A program made the translations under genes and the position numbers. A stretch of DNA of 64,000 nt from Octopus vulgaris (lineage: Eukaryota), in contig OX597835.1 in NCBI GenBank assembly GCA_951406725.2, forward strand, positions 43,648,001 through 43,712,000, in the 5' to 3' direction. Numbering within the stretch: the first letter of the stretch is position 1; each line of letters starts with the position of its first letter. Below are positions 58,280-64,000 of this stretch, piece by piece. The notes beneath the pieces are model-generated. The model searched no databases, was not told the origin of the DNA, and was given only the letters and a program-made list of their open reading frames with translations.

Positions 58280-58600
58280 TACATACCAAACGTTTCGATT
58301 GAAAGTTGCACCTTTTCAAGTAGTTCTGAACTGCAAGACAACGCACTTATCCCAGTCGCAGAATGCATACACAAGCTGAACAGCAAAGAATATCGAAATG
58401 TGTACGGGAGCAGGGACGTCGCCTTGCGTTCCACCATTGTCAACCTCATTTTCATCACGCAGTTTTCCGTTAAAGACGACCCGAGCCTTCATGTCTCCGC
58501 GCAACACACTGACAAGCAGTGGTGAGTGATCGACCTTTCCAGGGATTCTTCACAATGCATCTCCGTTAACTGTATCAAAAGCTTTTGTTAAATCAATCAA
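58280..58600 (-). pseudogene. RTE-clade RT fragment
   Basis: IDLTKAFDTVN ... DMKARVVFNG ... VDNGGTQGDVPAP, matching RTE motifs DLTKAFDTV and GVKQGxVLAP. Confidence 0.75.
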
Positions 58601-58617
58601 CAAACCAATAAATCAAT

Positions 58618-58654
<37 letters not shown>

Positions 58655-58739
58655 CGTACACATGTATATACATGTATATGTATATGTGTATACATATACA
58701 TATGTACATATGTGTTTATGTGTAGGTATATATTTATTT

Positions 58740-58773
<34 letters not shown>

Positions 58774-59039
58774 TATGTATGTATGTATATTTATACACAC
58801 ACGTATACACGTATATATGCACACACGTGTTGAGCACATAGCACCCAATTTTTTTTCTCGTTTCATTTTGTAATATTGTGCAATGAGACAATCCACTTTG
58901 AAGACGCACAAATTCCAGCCTCACCGAATCTCTGCCTATGATGCGTAGTTTGATAAATGACTCCGGAGAAGCATTGCCGGAGCGAGACATTTGACGGTTG
59001 AAATGCACATAGGTATATATTGATATATATACACAAACA

Positions 59040-59396
<357 letters not shown>

Positions 59397-59537
59397 CATA
59401 GCGTACATTATATCTATCTATCTATCCGTTTGTCAGAGCGAGAATTTCAACACACACACAGATACACAGACACACACACACACGCACACTATACGCACAC
59501 ACACACACACACGCGCACACACACATGTATGTATGTA

Positions 59538-59568
<31 letters not shown>

Positions 59569-59707
59569 CTGTATGTTTGACTATATACATATGTCTAACT
59601 AGATATATACATACATTTGTTTTTCAGTGTATGTATGTATGTATGTATGTATGTATGTATGTATGTATGTATGTATGTATGTATGTATGTATGCATGTAT
59701 GTATGTA

Positions 59708-59746
<39 letters not shown>

Positions 59747-59757
59747 CTATCTATCAA

Positions 59758-59909
<152 letters not shown>

Positions 59910-60374
59910 TATCTACAGACACACACACATATCTACCAACCTCTGTGTGTGTGTGAACAAAACACAATAAATTTGAAATGCCAGGAAATGTTGATTTGAT
60001 TTCTAATGGAAGATTGATGGCCGTTTCTTGCTGTTTTCGGTTTTAGTTACGGAAAAATATTTCCCTTCTCTCTTTGTTTTGTTGCCGTTTTGATACAGAC
60101 CCAGCCCTGATCGAGCATATTTATATCCAGCTGTTTACTAACCTTGACAATCTCGCCCGTGTTCTTTTGTATTACTTTATTTTAGGTGCATCTAGGATTA
60201 CATTATTCAATGTGACTGCCCTTTTGGTTTTACTGTGTCCTATTTTCGTTTGATCTCCAAAGCTTTCTCCTGATTTTATTTTTCCTTTGATGTGGCTGTG
60301 TGGTAAGAAGTTTGCTTCCCAATCACAGGGTTCGATCCCACTGCGTGGTACCTTGAGCAAGTGGATCGTGGCTG

Positions 60375-60845
60375 ACACATCTGTGGTTATCGGAGAGCGA
60401 CCGATACTTTGGCAGTTTTATTTTTCTGAACCTGACGAGTAGCGGAAACTGAGCTGGTAGCTGACAACACCAAGTTGCCGCTGGACAATGTGTCACAGTA
60501 TGTGACAGCCTAGATGAGGGAGCATACCGCCACGAAACGGGAAAATTATCATACCATCTGACCTTCAACAGTTTCCTCGGTCTAACCCCGCTGGCTCAAG
60601 CTGAGAAGGGAAGCCTGCGGCGTCTAGACCATGCTTTATGATCTTGTTAAGAGTGGTATGACGCGGAAGGCGGCCAGCACTATGATGGCAGAACAGTGGG
60701 GGGAGGCCGAAAGAATCCACTGGATCTGCAGCGCCATTCATAAGGCTCACATATTTAGAGCAGGCGTCAGGGGTGGAAGTCTGCAGGGTCGAGAATGGGC
60801 GAAGTGCCGAAGGACGAGATGATGACCCCGAATAGCGCTGTTAAG
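60375..60845 (-). pseudogene. CRE-clade-like non-LTR retrotransposon fragment (zinc knuckle + RLE)
   Basis: Across frameshifts: ICEPYEWRC..VDSFGL..LFCHHSAGRLPRHTTLNKIIK..AGFPSQLEPAGLDRG..RSDG..FPF..VTYCDT..KYRSL. Confidence 0.75.
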
Positions 60846-61614
60846 CATAATTTTTCTGTATTCTACTTTCCATCCTGTATTTTACCTGTGCGTATATAGA
60901 CGTGTATATGGAATTTTTTGTGCGCGCATGTGGATGTGTGCGTGTGTGCGAGTATGTGCGTATGTAGATGTGTTTTACTCTTATTGCTTACTCTTTACAC
61001 TTTTTTACACATTTTTCTGTATTTTGCCTTTAGCCCTGTTTTTCTTGTGCATATGCGTATATAGACATGTGTGTAAACCTTTTTTATGTGCGCGCGCGCG
61101 TGTGCGAGCGTGTATGCAGGTATGTATATATTTTTGGCGAGTGTGTGGGTGAGTATGTGTTTGTTTCAAGTGAAGGTAGATGAGTATATACTTATAGGCG
61201 CATGTACGTGAGCATGCGGGCGCGCATGTGTATGTATGGACATGCGCGCTTACGGGAATACTATGAACATTTTTACTCCCTTACCTATACTCCCTCCCCT
61301 CACTTAGCGCTCATTCCAATAGCTCTTTTGTCTTAATAACGGTCAATCAAACAGTAATTTCCTCTTGTTTTAACGGTCATTTTCATAGGATTGCCGGCGT
61401 GGGTTTCCTCTCCGACATCCGAAACTCGGAGTTTTATCATGGCTACCGAATAATTGTCACATATCATATTTACAGATAAATTTCTTCTATTTACATAATA
61501 TCGAGGTCTCTTTCAATCTTTTGTTTTTTGCCATTTCTATCAATATATATACATACATACATACATACATGCATACATACATACATACATACATACATAC
61601 ATACATACATGCAT

Positions 61615-61678
<64 letters not shown>

Positions 61679-62186
61679 AGGAATTCCAACTCTGTCTGTT
61701 TTTTATGTTTTATTTATATTCTTTATAATATTAATGTAGAATATAGAATCTATAGTATAAATAGTATATATAGTAAAATGAAATGAAGTATTGATTGTCT
61801 TATTGAATAGATGAAATATCGAATATAAAATATTAAGGGAATAGTATACTTTCTTGCATTAAAGCAGTCTTCAAGGTCCCAGATTGTGACAGGAGTGAGT
61901 GTAAGACCCAGGGATCGAGGTGTTGGAAGAAAGTTAGTTCCAAGCAATCCGCAGTAAATATAAAAGATAACTTTCAGGGACAATTGTGGTTTATTGAGAC
62001 GGAAGATCGTGGATTTTTTCGTCTCGAAGTAAGATTAACAGAAAAAAGTTCTTTTTATATTTGACGGTAGGCGACCAGAGTTGCCGGGTCTGGGAATAAG
62101 AATACAAGAGTTACAGAACGGAGTAGATGAGATCCGGACTACATATGTTTCGGAAGTGGTAAATATCCAAACAAGGTGAATATATA

Positions 62187-62444
<258 letters not shown>

Positions 62445-63299
62445 AGACACAGACACAGACACACAGACACAGACATACAGACACACACAGACACAGACAC
62501 AAACACACACACACACATACATACACACACAGACACAGACACAAACACACACACACACATACATACACACACACACACGTATATACTGTATAGTTTGCGT
62601 ACATACATGATATATGTGTGTGTATATATATATACACACACATATATATGTGCGTGTGTGTGTGTGTGTAAACAAACTTTCCGACACAACCCCCCGCCAC
62701 CCCCCACACACCCACTCAAACAAACATTTGTCTGGAACTATTTTCCATACTTTTATGCTTTGTGCTTTCTTTAGGAGAATGTGAAGTGAATGATTTTTTC
62801 CCTTTAAGTATTCTGTTTACTTTAGTCACAGTATTTAGTTTTACAGAATGAATGAAATTTTCTAAGGATTGAATGCGAGTCCTCCTTAAGATAAATAATT
62901 TTCTAGTTCTCCACTTAAGTGGTGTCTTGTTTAGTTTCTGCTCCGTTTACTTTTGCCTCTCTCATAATGTCGTCACTTTTTCTTGTTCCATGGAGTTTCT
63001 TTTTATTTTTATTCCGGATCCTGTCTGTTGTTTGTTCAATTTTGGAACCGTCTTTCTTAGACTTACCATTTTCCTATTTGTTTTCTCTCCCTGAAAGTTT
63101 CGATAGCTAATTCTATTGATTTGTTTAGCTACCAATTGATATTCTCTTGTGTGTGTTTTTTTTTATTGGTTTCAGTTATTGGACTTTGAACACGTCGATG
63201 CTTTGCCTTCAAGGGTTTAAGTCAATTATGTCGACGACCAGCAGTAAATCTGGTATTCATTTTATCGATCTGTGCTTATGGTGTAGCTAAGTCAACAAC

Positions 63300-63520
63300 T
63301 ATTAAGTTATGTTCATTCAGGGAGAAAACTTGTCTCACACAGAAGCGAAAGAGCTAACCTCACATCCAAAAATAGAAGAGAGCAGGAAGTGTTCACCATG
63401 TGCAAGGCCTACATCACAGTCAAGGACCATAAAACAAATTTGTTCTTCAAACCCCCAAAGTACATTGATTAACCATTCTTGATATAAATAGAGTTTGATG
63501 GCAAACATACTTGTTGCAGT
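63300..63520 (+). pseudogene. Penelope-like element RT N-terminal relic
   Basis: KAYITVKDHKTN ... TLINH, resembling the AFITLKDHK..CRLINP motif of PLE RTs. Confidence 0.5.
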
Positions 63521-63554
63521 TGATTTTAATATAAGAAAAAAAAACTAAGACGTT

Positions 63555-63765
63555 GAGTTGATAGAATCGTTAAGCAATCCAGACAAAATACTTACCGCCA
63601 TTTCATCTGTCTTTACGTTCTGCGTTCAAATTCCACCGAGGCTTACTTTGCCTTTCATTTTTCGAGGTCGATAAAAATAAGCACCAGTTGAGTCCTGGGT
63701 TCGATGTAATCGATCTTCTCCATCTCCGAAATTGTTGGCCTTGTGTCAAAATGTTCAAACCAATA
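63555..63765 (+). mobile_element. SINE family B, diverged
   Basis: GCGTTCAAATTCCACCGAGG..CTTTGCCTTTCAT..GAGGTCGATAAAAATAAGCACCAG. Confidence 0.75.
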
Positions 63766-64000
63766 TTAAAAAAAAAATGGAACTACAAAGCTATCGCCAT
63801 TAATTGGCTTCCTAGTTTTGAAAACAAATCACGCTGCGAACGCGTTATCGTAGTAGACGTCTACCAATTCCTACCTGAATCCCTTGTAAAAACTCTGGAA
63901 GCTTTTAGAAAATTTTCCGCCATTGGTGAATTCGATACCAAGAGAGAAAATGCTTGGAAATTGAATTCATACCATGGGAATTGCAACAGGATCATAAAAG

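Noticed and set aside
58935-59005. TTGATAA..CTCCGG/CCGGAG..GAGAC, possible decayed hammerhead
   Set aside because: Both core halves are mutated; only the hairpin is real
60432-60540. CTGACGA ... GAAAC with partial flanking pairing
   Set aside because: Lies antisense within the CRE-like coding relic, and has no NUH triplet or stem I; probably chance

Overview
Eukaryotic, AT-rich, repeat-saturated DNA with no confidently identifiable host gene. It is probably intronic or intergenic sequence from a mollusc; the SINE families and microsatellite density suggest an Octopus-type cephalopod (inference). Most long ORFs in the track are translations of microsatellites. The real content is a nested set of mobile elements. 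(1) A near full-length but frameshifted R4/Dong-clade non-LTR retrotransposon (RT-YMDD, CCHC knuckle, restriction-like endonuclease) lies in (TAA)n at 13.3-17.2 kb. Two 5'-truncated copies of a second Dong subfamily share an identical 3' junction in (TAA)n, and a third RLE family is associated with (TACA)n. (2) About ten minimal type I hammerhead-ribozyme motifs, intact to degenerate, sit mostly in short modules bounded by (TA)n, alongside Penelope-like RT fragments with inverted-duplication architecture. (3) A composite at 49861-51166, flanked by a perfect 12-bp target-site duplication, joins a tRNA-derived head, a microsatellite and a hammerhead-bearing tail, with an inverted tail copy at its 5' end; it is a candidate Penelope-mobilised, ribozyme-tailed SINE. 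(4) There are three tRNA-derived SINE families, non-autonomous Helitrons/Helentron-like elements, a piggyBac-type MITE, and mariner, Merlin, CRE, RTE, CR1 and Tx1/L1 relics. All calls are by eye and no database search was possible.
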